From an uncultured Acidimicrobiales bacterium (lineage in GTDB: Bacteria > Actinomycetota > Acidimicrobiia > Acidimicrobiales > SZUA-35), in contig CAVRSZ010000001.1 in assembly GCA_963723995.1 (NCBI GenBank), positions 1,307,573 to 1,371,572 of the forward strand: 64,000 nucleotides of DNA, written 5' to 3'. This document shows, piece by piece, positions 56,454 to 64,000 of this stretch; the stretch's first letter is position 1; each line of letters begins with the position of its first letter. A program made the position numbers and the translations under genes. A model generated the notes under the pieces. The model saw only the letters and a list, made by a program, of their open reading frames with translations. It was not told the DNA's origin and did not search any database.

Positions 56454-58115
56454 TCACCGCCCGGCTCGGGCGATCCACTGCCTGGCGTCGTCGGCGGCAC
56501 GACGGGCGGTCGATCCGAGCCACTCGTCGGATCGGTAGATGTTGTCCTCTCCGATGATGGCGGCGACACCGGTGGCCGAAAGCTGACCGAGCACTCGTGT
56601 GCTGTCGGTCACGATCATGAGCTTGCTGTCGACGGCATGGAGTGAGGCTGCGTACCGGCCGAGCGTGTCGGTGAGCGTCGATCCCAGGTCGGTTCGGCCC
56701 CGCAATCGGACGATCACGACCGAGTTCGTCGAGGACGGGGTGACATCGGGCAGCAGGTCGCCGAAGGTGGATGCCGACGCGAAGAAGAGGCTGCCGTAGG
56801 GCTGGAGCAGCACAACGTCGCCGGCCGGGACGACCGCTGGTGGGTCGGCTTCCCGGAAGCGTTCGTCGACGATGAGGATCTGCTTGACGACGAGGTCGCT
56901 CGACTGCCGGATGACGAACAGCAGCACAGAGATGCCGACACCGACCAGAACCGCGAATTGGAGTGGGATCAGGATCGTCAGGATCAACGTGATGCTCATT
57001 GTCACGGCCTGGACCTGTCCGGTCTTCCAGACGGCGAGGATCTCGGCCGGTTTGATGGTGCGGAACCCGACGACGATCAGGAGACCGGCGAGAGCGGGCA
57101 TGGCGATCTCACCGACGACGCCGGCGAAAGCCACCACGATGACGGCCATGACGACGCTGGCCATGAGCTGGGCCGCCCTGGTCGCCGATCCTGCGGTTGT
57201 GATGATCGATGTGGCCGACATCGAACCACCGACCGGCATGCCCTGGAAGGTGCCCGACACCAGGTTGCCCACTCCTTGACCGATGAAGTCCCGGGAGGCG
57301 TCCGGGTAGCTGCGATCGGAGTTGGGGAAGTTGGCCGAGATTCCTGCCCCCTGGATGAGGCCGACGAAGGCGAGCGAAGCGCCGGGGATGAGCAGCGACG
57401 GGACCGAGGCCAGTAGTGGGAGGCGGGGAGCGGGAAGGCCGCTGGGGATCTCGGCGATGTCCTTGAGTTGGGCCACGTCGTCACCAAAGACAACAACGAG
57501 CGCCGAGCCGACGATGACGGCGACGACCAGGCTGAGGGCACCGAGCCTGGTTCGCTCCAGCCAGAGGATGAGACCGATGGTCGCAATCCCGACGACCAGG
57601 CTTCCGGCATCGATACGGTTCGGATGCAGGAGCAGGTCGAAAGCGCGGGCCAAACGGCTCGACCCGCTGGCTTCATAACCGGTGAAATCGTCGAGTTGGC
57701 CCAAAACAATATTGATGCCCACGCCACTGATGAAGCCGACCATGACCGCGTTCGACACGAAACGCAGCACGGAGCCGAGCTTCAGAAACCCGGCGATCAT
57801 CATGAACACACCGGTCACGATGGCCAGGGTGAACAGCACACGCTCCGGATCGTCGCCCTCACGAACCTCGGACACATCGGCCACGACCGCCGCCATCGCC
57901 CCGGTGGCCTGTACCGTCATGAACTGCGAACTGGTGACCAGGGCGGCGCCGAACATGCCGAACATGTAGGCGTAGAGGCCGTAGATGGGGTTGACCCCGG
58001 CCAGAAGACCGGCAGCCAGACCATCGGGCACACTCTGACCCCCCAGAACGACTCCCGCCACCGCATCGTTCTTGTTCGTGTCGCGACGTAGCAGTGCCCG
58101 CAGTCGACCGAGCAT
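56454..58115 (-). CDS. SulP family anion transporter with STAS-like C-terminus
   Basis: AGLLAGVNPIYGLYA, MPVGGSMSAT, YGSLFFASA. AAGGA before ATG 58115. Confidence 0.9.
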   Translation of the reverse strand: MLGRLRALLRRDTNKNDAVAGVVLGGQSVPDGLAAGLLAGVNPIYGLYAYMFGMFGAALVTSSQFMTVQATGAMAAVVADVSEVREGDDPERVLFTLAIVTGVFMMIAGFLKLGSVLRFVSNAVMVGFISGVGINIVLGQLDDFTGYEASGSSRLARAFDLLLHPNRIDAGSLVVGIATIGLILWLERTRLGALSLVVAVIVGSALVVVFGDDVAQLKDIAEIPSGLPAPRLPLLASVPSLLIPGASLAFVGLIQGAGISANFPNSDRSYPDASRDFIGQGVGNLVSGTFQGMPVGGSMSATSIITTAGSATRAAQLMASVVMAVIVVAFAGVVGEIAMPALAGLLIVVGFRTIKPAEILAVWKTGQVQAVTMSITLILTILIPLQFAVLVGVGISVLLFVIRQSSDLVVKQILIVDERFREADPPAVVPAGDVVLLQPYGSLFFASASTFGDLLPDVTPSSTNSVVIVRLRGRTDLGSTLTDTLGRYAASLHAVDSKLMIVTDSTRVLGQLSATGVAAIIGEDNIYRSDEWLGSTARRAADDARQWIARAGR

Positions 58116-58400
58116 GGTCGTTTCCTTGTCCACGGCTGCCCTACCGGGCTGTCGCCCAGTCGGAGGGAATGCGAAAGCCATCCCCGTCAACCCGGGCCGG
58201 CAGCGTGCCCTGCCCATCAGCCGCCGAGGAGGCCCCGGGGCGGGAACGGTGGCTTCGGTCGCCACCGACTGACTGAGAATCCGACCGAGGATGCTTCCCC
58301 CGGTGCCGACGTCTACCAGCACGCAGCTACCCACCGGCTGTGCTGCTTCGAGGTCTCCCTCGAAATGGAACGTCCTGCCGTCGATCGAGTAACCCTTCAT
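58116..58400 (-). pseudogene. Possible N-terminal remnant of a HerA/DUF87-type ATP-binding protein, in frame with SulP
   Basis: MKGYSIDGRTFHFEGDL...VGSCVLV...LGRILSQ resembles, from memory, HAS-barrel-like N-termini. No P-loop follows. Confidence 0.35.
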
Positions 58401-58837
58401 GAGTCCGCCCGACCTGCGAGGGGGCTCCCGTCCGTGAGCTGGTGGGGTGGCTTGGGCGACGTGATGGCCGCCGAGTATGGCGCACCCCCGACCACGGAAC
58501 AACACAACTTGGCGCCGGTCGCTACGTTTGAAGGGTCCATGATCACAGCCTGCCTCGGAGTCATTGTCGATTGGTGTCCTCGATACCCGTTCGCCGTCGT
58601 CGACGATATCGCTGAACGGCCGAGACCGGAAGCCTATGGTCCGGCCTTGGCGGGCGGGCGCGCCGCGGGTCGGCCTCGCCGTTACGGCCGTCTCGATCGA
58701 TATCTCGTTGTCCCCGGCATCGTCGACGTGGTCGGCTCCTGGCCCGAGCGTCCCGATGGTGACACGGTTCGGCCGGCCGCCACCGGCGTGTCGAAATGGA
58801 GCAGGACGAGTTCGCTCGTTACACCGTCGATCGTTGA

Positions 58838-59029
58838 TCAGGCCGGACGCATAACAAAGGTGGGCGCCGATACACCGCTGAGCAAGGTGGAGACGAGGAT
58901 CCCCAGCGGCAGCGTCCCCCAGTAGGAAAGCCCGAGCCCGAGATTACCCAGAAACAGCATGAGCAACCAGGTTGCAGGGAAGGTGGCGATAAGAAAGACC
59001 GCAGCAATGGCGATCAGTGAACGGATCAT
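58838..59029 (-). CDS. Small membrane protein (63 aa)
   Basis: GAGGAGG ribosome-binding site; two hydrophobic helices, TWLLMLFLGN...SYWGTLPLG. Confidence 0.7.
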   Translation of the reverse strand: MIRSLIAIAAVFLIATFPATWLLMLFLGNLGLGLSYWGTLPLGILVSTLLSGVSAPTFVMRPA

Positions 59030-59260
59030 CTCGAGTTCCTCCTCGACCGGCGATGTTCGTACCACCAATTGAAGCACCACCAAGCGTGGGTTCCAGCCAT
59101 GGTCGACGCCTCATCCCGGTCGGGTGGTGCGTGCATCCTGGTCCCCCGACGCCGACAACCACAACTGCGGCGGCCCCGACCCCCTCCCCCTTCCCGGCCG
59201 GCACTGCATCGGCAACGATCGAACCGGGGCACGGCACAGCCTGGGGTGTACAGTGCCCCG

Positions 59261-59665
59261 ATGGGCAAGATCTACCACGACGCCGAACAGTTCGAGACCC
59301 TCTTTCGACGGCTCTTCACCCAGATTGAGGAAGACAATTCAGACCTCATGACACCGCTGGTCGAGAGCCGGATGATCGTGTGCTTCGAGATTCATGATCC
59401 TGCCGTCCAGATGTGGGTGGACGGTCGGTCGGCGCCGGTTGAGACCAGTTTCGGGGCATCTGCACTGGACGCCACGCTGACCGCCCGCGTCTCCGGCGAT
59501 CACTTCCACGAGATCCTCCTCGGCACACTGCCACTGGGCAGGGCACTGTGGCAGCGCAAGCTCCAAGTGAAGGGACCGAAACTCAAAGCCAGGAAGCTCG
59601 AAAGCCTTCTACACGCATGTCAAGCGGGCTACCCGGATCTGGCCAACGAACTGCTCGGTCGTTGA
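59261..59665 (+). CDS. SCP2 sterol-binding-like domain protein
   Basis: CFEIHDP, FHEILLG, KLQVKGP pattern. Confidence 0.7.
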   Translation: MGKIYHDAEQFETLFRRLFTQIEEDNSDLMTPLVESRMIVCFEIHDPAVQMWVDGRSAPVETSFGASALDATLTARVSGDHFHEILLGTLPLGRALWQRKLQVKGPKLKARKLESLLHACQAGYPDLANELLGR

Positions 59666-59728
59666 AGCCGAGCCGTCGAGGTTCTCACTGATCGCCGACG
59701 TAGGCGCCCCGGCACGTCGCCCTGCGAT

Positions 59729-60478
59729 CTACTCGCCGTGTTCGAGCTGGCCCCGAAGTCGGTCGAAGCTCCGCCTGAGCAGCCGGGACACGTGCATCTG
59801 GCTGACACCGACCCGTTCGGCAATCTCCGATTGTGAGCAGTCTTCGTAGAACCGCAGTTCCAGGATGGTCCGCTCCCGCTCCGGCAGGGTGGCCAGGAGG
59901 GTCCGGACCGTCATCGTCGCCTCCTGCCGGGCCATGGCCGGGTCGTCGCCTCCTACAAGGTCCCCGATCGTCGAAGAGTCACCCTCGACGCCGGCCGGTC
60001 GATCGAGGCTGGTGGGCCGATACGCCCCCTTCACGTCGAGTGCCTCGATCACGGAATCCACCTCGACTCCGAGTTGGCCGGCGATCTCGTCCACGGTTGC
60101 GGCCCGGCCGTGTTCCATCGCCAGTTGGTCGGCCGTCCTGCGGACATCGGCCGACAACTCCTTGAGAGCTCGGGGAACCCGGACGGTCCAGGTCTTGTCC
60201 CGAAAGTACCGCTTCAGCTCACCGTCGATGGTACGCCCGGCGAAGGTCGAGAACTTCACCCCCACCTCGGGATCAAACCGGTCCAGTGCCTTGATAAGGG
60301 CAAGCTGGGCCACCTGCCGGAGATCCTCGCTGTCGGCCCCCCGGTTCCGGTATCGACCGGCGAAGAACTCGGCCAAAGGACCATAGCTCTCGATGAGCGC
60401 ACCGCGGGCCTGGACCGAACCATTCTCGAAGAAGTCGGCGAACAACCGCTCCCGCTGCAAGTCCCGCTCCTCGGTCAT
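59729..60478 (-). CDS. SigB/SigF/SigG-family RNA polymerase sigma factor
   Basis: DLRQVAQLALIKALDRFDP, GELKRYFRDKTWTVRVPR, QSEIAERVGVSQMHVSRLL. Confidence 0.95.
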   Translation of the reverse strand: MTEERDLQRERLFADFFENGSVQARGALIESYGPLAEFFAGRYRNRGADSEDLRQVAQLALIKALDRFDPEVGVKFSTFAGRTIDGELKRYFRDKTWTVRVPRALKELSADVRRTADQLAMEHGRAATVDEIAGQLGVEVDSVIEALDVKGAYRPTSLDRPAGVEGDSSTIGDLVGGDDPAMARQEATMTVRTLLATLPERERTILELRFYEDCSQSEIAERVGVSQMHVSRLLRRSFDRLRGQLEHGE

Positions 60479-60485
60479 TGCCAGC

Positions 60486-60992
60486 TCACTCGGAACCGGG
60501 TTCGGTGCCGGCCACGGAGGCGTCCACCGACGGATTCGTCTCGGAACCGGCGCCGCCCGCGGTGTGCTTGACCAACCAGACATAGCGACGGTCGTCGACC
60601 ACACCGATGCGATAGTCGTCGGTCGTCGCCCCCAACACGGCGTGCAGCAGGTCGTCGACCGCGCTGTCGTCGACCGCGCCGGCATCCTCGGGCCGATCGC
60701 CGGGGGCCGAAGACTCGGCCCGACGGCCCGACTCGTCGTTTTCGTCCACCGTCGTGCCCTCGAGCCGAAAGCCGTCATGGCCGACGAGAAGCCGCAGCAC
60801 GATCTCATCGGCGGTCGACGACTCGACCAGGAAGTTGACAACCTCGGCCACGGCCAGACGAAGATCATCAAGGGCATCGACATCGAACCCGAGATCGGCG
60901 GCCAGTGTGGTGGCCGTGAGCCGGGACACCCGGAGGTAGCCGTTCTCGGCCGGGAAACGCAGTTGCAGGTCTCGCTGGTTGGTGCTGGTCAC
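60486..60992 (-). CDS. RsbW/UsfX-like anti-sigma factor (degenerate ATPase motifs)
   Basis: LRFPAENGYLRVSRL...GFDVDALDDLRLAVAE; lies directly upstream of the sigma gene. Confidence 0.75.
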   Translation of the reverse strand: MTSTNQRDLQLRFPAENGYLRVSRLTATTLAADLGFDVDALDDLRLAVAEVVNFLVESSTADEIVLRLLVGHDGFRLEGTTVDENDESGRRAESSAPGDRPEDAGAVDDSAVDDLLHAVLGATTDDYRIGVVDDRRYVWLVKHTAGGAGSETNPSVDASVAGTEPGSE

Positions 60993-61109
60993 GATCACGA
61001 CCTTTGCTCGATGTGGGCAGAACAATGTAGTGGGCAGGCTGGGAGCAAGGTCGAAACGTATCGGTGATCCCCGCCGGGCCCGAGGGGTTGGGGCGCAGGA
61101 GGGGTTCGG

Positions 61110-61133
61110 GTTTGACGCTCAGTCCACGGGATA
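61110..61133 (+). promoter_or_regulatory. Candidate SigB/SigF-type promoter for the DUF2254 gene
   Basis: GTTTGA-N12-GGGATA; AGGAGG ribosome-binding site before ATG 61196. Confidence 0.45.
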
Positions 61134-61195
61134 GAGCCTACAGAGCGAAGATGGGCTCGGACTGCAGACCGCTTCATTCGATCAGGAGGTAGATC

Positions 61196-62512
61196 ATGGC
61201 CCGAAACCGTAGCCCGTCGTCACTATCGTGGATCCCACGTGTCTGGTGGCCACTGGCCCAACGGCTCCGTCAGAGCCTGTTCGTGTTGCCCGGCACCTTC
61301 GTCGTAGCCGGGGTCGCAGCGGCCGAAGTCGCTATTCGCAGCGATCGGGCCGGCTTTGCCCGCTGGCTTCCCTCGACCTACGAGACCACCGTGGTCAACG
61401 CTCGCTCGGTGCTCGGCGCCATAGCCACCGGCACCATCACGGTGGTCACCCTGGTCCTGACCCTGACACTCATTGCCATCCAGCTTGCCGCCGGTCAGCT
61501 GTCGCCCCGCACCATTATCGACTATCTGGAGGATCGCTTTCAGCAGGTGGCCATCGGCATCATATTGGGGACAGCAGCGTACAGCTTGGCCGCGCTTCGG
61601 GCCTTGGGCCCCGATGACGCCCCTGGCCAAGCTCCAGACCTGACGGTGTTGGTCGGCTTCCTCCTCACCATGGTCTCGCTGCTGGTGCTGCTGGCCAGCG
61701 TCGATCGGATGGCAGGTCGACTTCAGGTCGGCAATCTCATCGACAACATCGCCGACGAAACGTGCGCGCTGGTTCGGCTCCAGCAGCCCGCCGAAGAGGA
61801 GCAGGAAGGCGACCCAGTCAGCACCGATCAGCATCAGCGAGTAGGTGAAGCGATCACAGCGGCCCGAACCGGATGGGTGCAGGCCATCGACGAGTCGACT
61901 ATCGCGGCCACCGTCCCGGATGGCAGCCGTCTCGTGATCCGTCACGGGGCCGGGAGCTTCGTCTTTGAGGACATGGTGATCGTCGAGCTGACGGGCCACG
62001 GGGGCTCACTCGATGACACAAGCCGGGCCGCCATTGGGCGCGCCATCGGCATCGGGGACTCCCGAAGCATGAAACAGGACGTCGGATTCGGACTGATCCG
62101 TCTGGTCGACATCGGCCTGCGGGCGCTGTCACCCGGTATCAACGACCCCAATACGGCGCGCGAGGTCGTACTCCGGCTGGGCCAGATACTTCTCACCCTG
62201 CAAGGTGTCCGCCTCCCCGGACGAACCGCAACCATCATGGGTCGCCGTATCGACCGTCTCGATGCGCTCGACCACGACGGCTACGCCGATGCCGCCCTCG
62301 ATCAACTTCGCCGGGCGGCCACCACCCACCCGGCGGTGCTGACAACGATGGCCGACACGGTACGAACCGTGATCGACGAGTCGACGCGCCGAGGGTTCAC
62401 CGCATCGACCCGAGGTCTGACCCGCCAGCTGTGGCTGTGCGAGCGCATGCTGGGCCGAACCGAGGGCTCGCCGGCCATCACGGCAGCGTCAGTCGATGCC
62501 GGCACCGTCTGA
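61196..62512 (+). CDS. DUF2254 membrane protein
   Basis: QLAAGQLSPR, RTGWVQAID, QDVGFGLIRLVDIGLRALSPGINDPNTA. Confidence 0.9.
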   Translation: MARNRSPSSLSWIPRVWWPLAQRLRQSLFVLPGTFVVAGVAAAEVAIRSDRAGFARWLPSTYETTVVNARSVLGAIATGTITVVTLVLTLTLIAIQLAAGQLSPRTIIDYLEDRFQQVAIGIILGTAAYSLAALRALGPDDAPGQAPDLTVLVGFLLTMVSLLVLLASVDRMAGRLQVGNLIDNIADETCALVRLQQPAEEEQEGDPVSTDQHQRVGEAITAARTGWVQAIDESTIAATVPDGSRLVIRHGAGSFVFEDMVIVELTGHGGSLDDTSRAAIGRAIGIGDSRSMKQDVGFGLIRLVDIGLRALSPGINDPNTAREVVLRLGQILLTLQGVRLPGRTATIMGRRIDRLDALDHDGYADAALDQLRRAATTHPAVLTTMADTVRTVIDESTRRGFTASTRGLTRQLWLCERMLGRTEGSPAITAASVDAGTV

Positions 62513-62533
62513 GTCGAGCTCGGGCCATCGGCG

Positions 62534-62637
62534 TCCGCCGTCCCAACCCGTCGGGAATCGGGATCCTTCTCGACCGTCGGTCCGCCGTCCCAACCCCGTC
62601 AGGAATCGGGATCCTTCTCGATCGCCAATCCGCCGTC
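62534..62637. repeat. About 2.2 tandem copies of a 47-48-bp unit spanning the DUF2252 stop codon
   Basis: TCCGCCGTC begins at 62534, 62581 and 62629; GGAATCGGGATCCTTCTCGA is present in both full units. Confidence 0.9.
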
Positions 62638-63996
62638 GATCGCCTCCATGAAGGTCTGGTAGTCGGCGGCGTTCTGGTTCGCATATTGCATGGCGAACTC
62701 ACCGATGGCTTTGTCGAAAACCGTTCCCTTGCCGAGATACCCGGCGATACCAACAGGATCGCCGCTGACGGCGTGGGCCCGAGCCATCGTGTATCCGCAG
62801 ATCTCGGCATAGCGCTCCAACCCCCGTCCGGTGATGTCGTCGAGATCGGCCGAGCCCTTCCAATCCTTCAGCTGGCGCCAATAGTAGTGGTGACCTTGTA
62901 CCGACTTGCTCCACCCGAGGAAGATGTCGCTCGACGCCTGCATCAACCGCTGGCCCTCCACCACCCTACGACCATGGAGCTGGTACCGACTCTGCGGCAG
63001 GTGGGCCTCGAGCACCGAAGACGTGGCCTCCTTGATCTGAAGCAGCACGACGTCGCCCGGGTCACGCCCTATGCAGAGAGCCACAAGGCAGCGGGTGCCG
63101 ACGCTGCCCACGCCCACGACCTTCAGCGCCACATCGACCAGCTCGTAGTGATCGACCAGGCTGCGAATGTCCTCGGTGAGGCTGCTCCGGTATGAGTCGA
63201 AGGACGCCGCCACCCTTTCATCCATGCCCTCGAGGTCCTGAGCCTCCGGGAGGTCTCGCAGCGGCACGAGCACGGGAGGGGAGCTATGGAATCGATACCC
63301 GCCATCGACCTTTTCGACGAGCTTTGTGGCGGCCTTGAGGCTGTCCCGCGACCGGGCCTTCATGACGGCCTTCCTGACCGCTTTGACCTGCTTCTTGGTT
63401 CCGCCCCGCTCCGTGACCAACTCGAGCAGGTCCTGCTCGCCGACGTGGGCATACCAGTTCTGAAGCCATCCCTGCTTGGCGAAGTTGCGCATGCTGGTCC
63501 GGTAGGCCAGGGCCGCGGTCTCGGCCAGACCTCGTTGTGTGTCCTCGCCGAAGCTGCGATGTTGGGCGGCGATGGTGAAGCTGGCTGCAAGACGTTTGAG
63601 GTCCCATTCGAACGGTCCGGGGAGCGTCTCGTCGAAGTCGTTGAGGTCGAACACCAGGTTCCTCTCGGGTGAGCCGTACACGCCGAAGTTGGCGAGGTGT
63701 CCGTCACCGCACAACTGAACGGTGAGACCCGATGTGGGCGTGGCAGCGAGATCTGCGGCCATGATCGCCGCCGATCCCCGGTAGAAGGTGAACGGCGAGG
63801 CCGACATCCGGCCGCGGCGAAGCGGGACCAGCCAGGGCACCCGGTCCGCGTTCTGGGCCTCGACGATGTCGACGGGGCTGCGCCGGTCGGTCGGCGGCGT
63901 CCAATCGGCGTGGCTCGACCGGGGGACCTCACTCCTCATGGAGCGGCCCACGTCCTCCGAAGACAAGACTTCCTCGTGGTCAAGCGCCTCCACCAT
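62599..63996 (-). CDS. DUF2252 family (kinase-like) protein
   Basis: RMSASPFTFYRGSAAIMA, CGDGHLANFG, FDLNDFDE, KVVGVGSVGTR, RQLKDWKGS. Start lies at the window edge. Confidence 0.92.
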   Translation of the reverse strand: MVEALDHEEVLSSEDVGRSMRSEVPRSSHADWTPPTDRRSPVDIVEAQNADRVPWLVPLRRGRMSASPFTFYRGSAAIMAADLAATPTSGLTVQLCGDGHLANFGVYGSPERNLVFDLNDFDETLPGPFEWDLKRLAASFTIAAQHRSFGEDTQRGLAETAALAYRTSMRNFAKQGWLQNWYAHVGEQDLLELVTERGGTKKQVKAVRKAVMKARSRDSLKAATKLVEKVDGGYRFHSSPPVLVPLRDLPEAQDLEGMDERVAASFDSYRSSLTEDIRSLVDHYELVDVALKVVGVGSVGTRCLVALCIGRDPGDVVLLQIKEATSSVLEAHLPQSRYQLHGRRVVEGQRLMQASSDIFLGWSKSVQGHHYYWRQLKDWKGSADLDDITGRGLERYAEICGYTMARAHAVSGDPVGIAGYLGKGTVFDKAIGEFAMQYANQNAADYQTFMEAIDGGLAIEKDPDS

Positions 63997-64000
63997 TGGC

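Noticed and set aside
58400-58837. About 440-bp gap with weak ORFs (58365-58925 +)
   Set aside because: No recognisable protein or RNA motif. It may be decayed sequence, but I cannot support a call.

Overview
High-GC, densely coding bacterial DNA. The gene content (WHG-type TetR, SigF/SigB-type sigma factor, HAIR-like box before hsp20, DUF2252/DUF6325/SHOCT genes) points to Actinomycetota, plausibly Acidimicrobiia; this is inference. All product calls come from motif recognition by eye, not database searches. The left part (1-37.2 kb) is metabolic: a truncated NicX/peptidase-M29-like catabolic operon; a full NiFe-hydrogenase maturation set (hypFCDE divergent from hypAB) with no hydrogenase structural genes and an FAD phenol-hydroxylase-type monooxygenase coupled to the front of hypF; a GAF-PAS-PAS histidine kinase; a fused indolepyruvate:ferredoxin oxidoreductase; ppdK; and PFOR (nifJ) coupled to a DHOD-like flavoprotein. 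The right part (38-64 kb) is a stress/membrane accessory patchwork with a class II photolyase, partner-switching proteins, SigF, arylsulfatase, SulP and several DUF genes. It includes internally deleted genes (HAD, FGE, a possible HerA-like stub), a 20 x 27-bp coding repeat in an RDD protein, and a 2-kb gene with a mirror-image G+T to A+C synonymous skew. I saw no rRNA, tRNA, CRISPR array, transposase or integrase.
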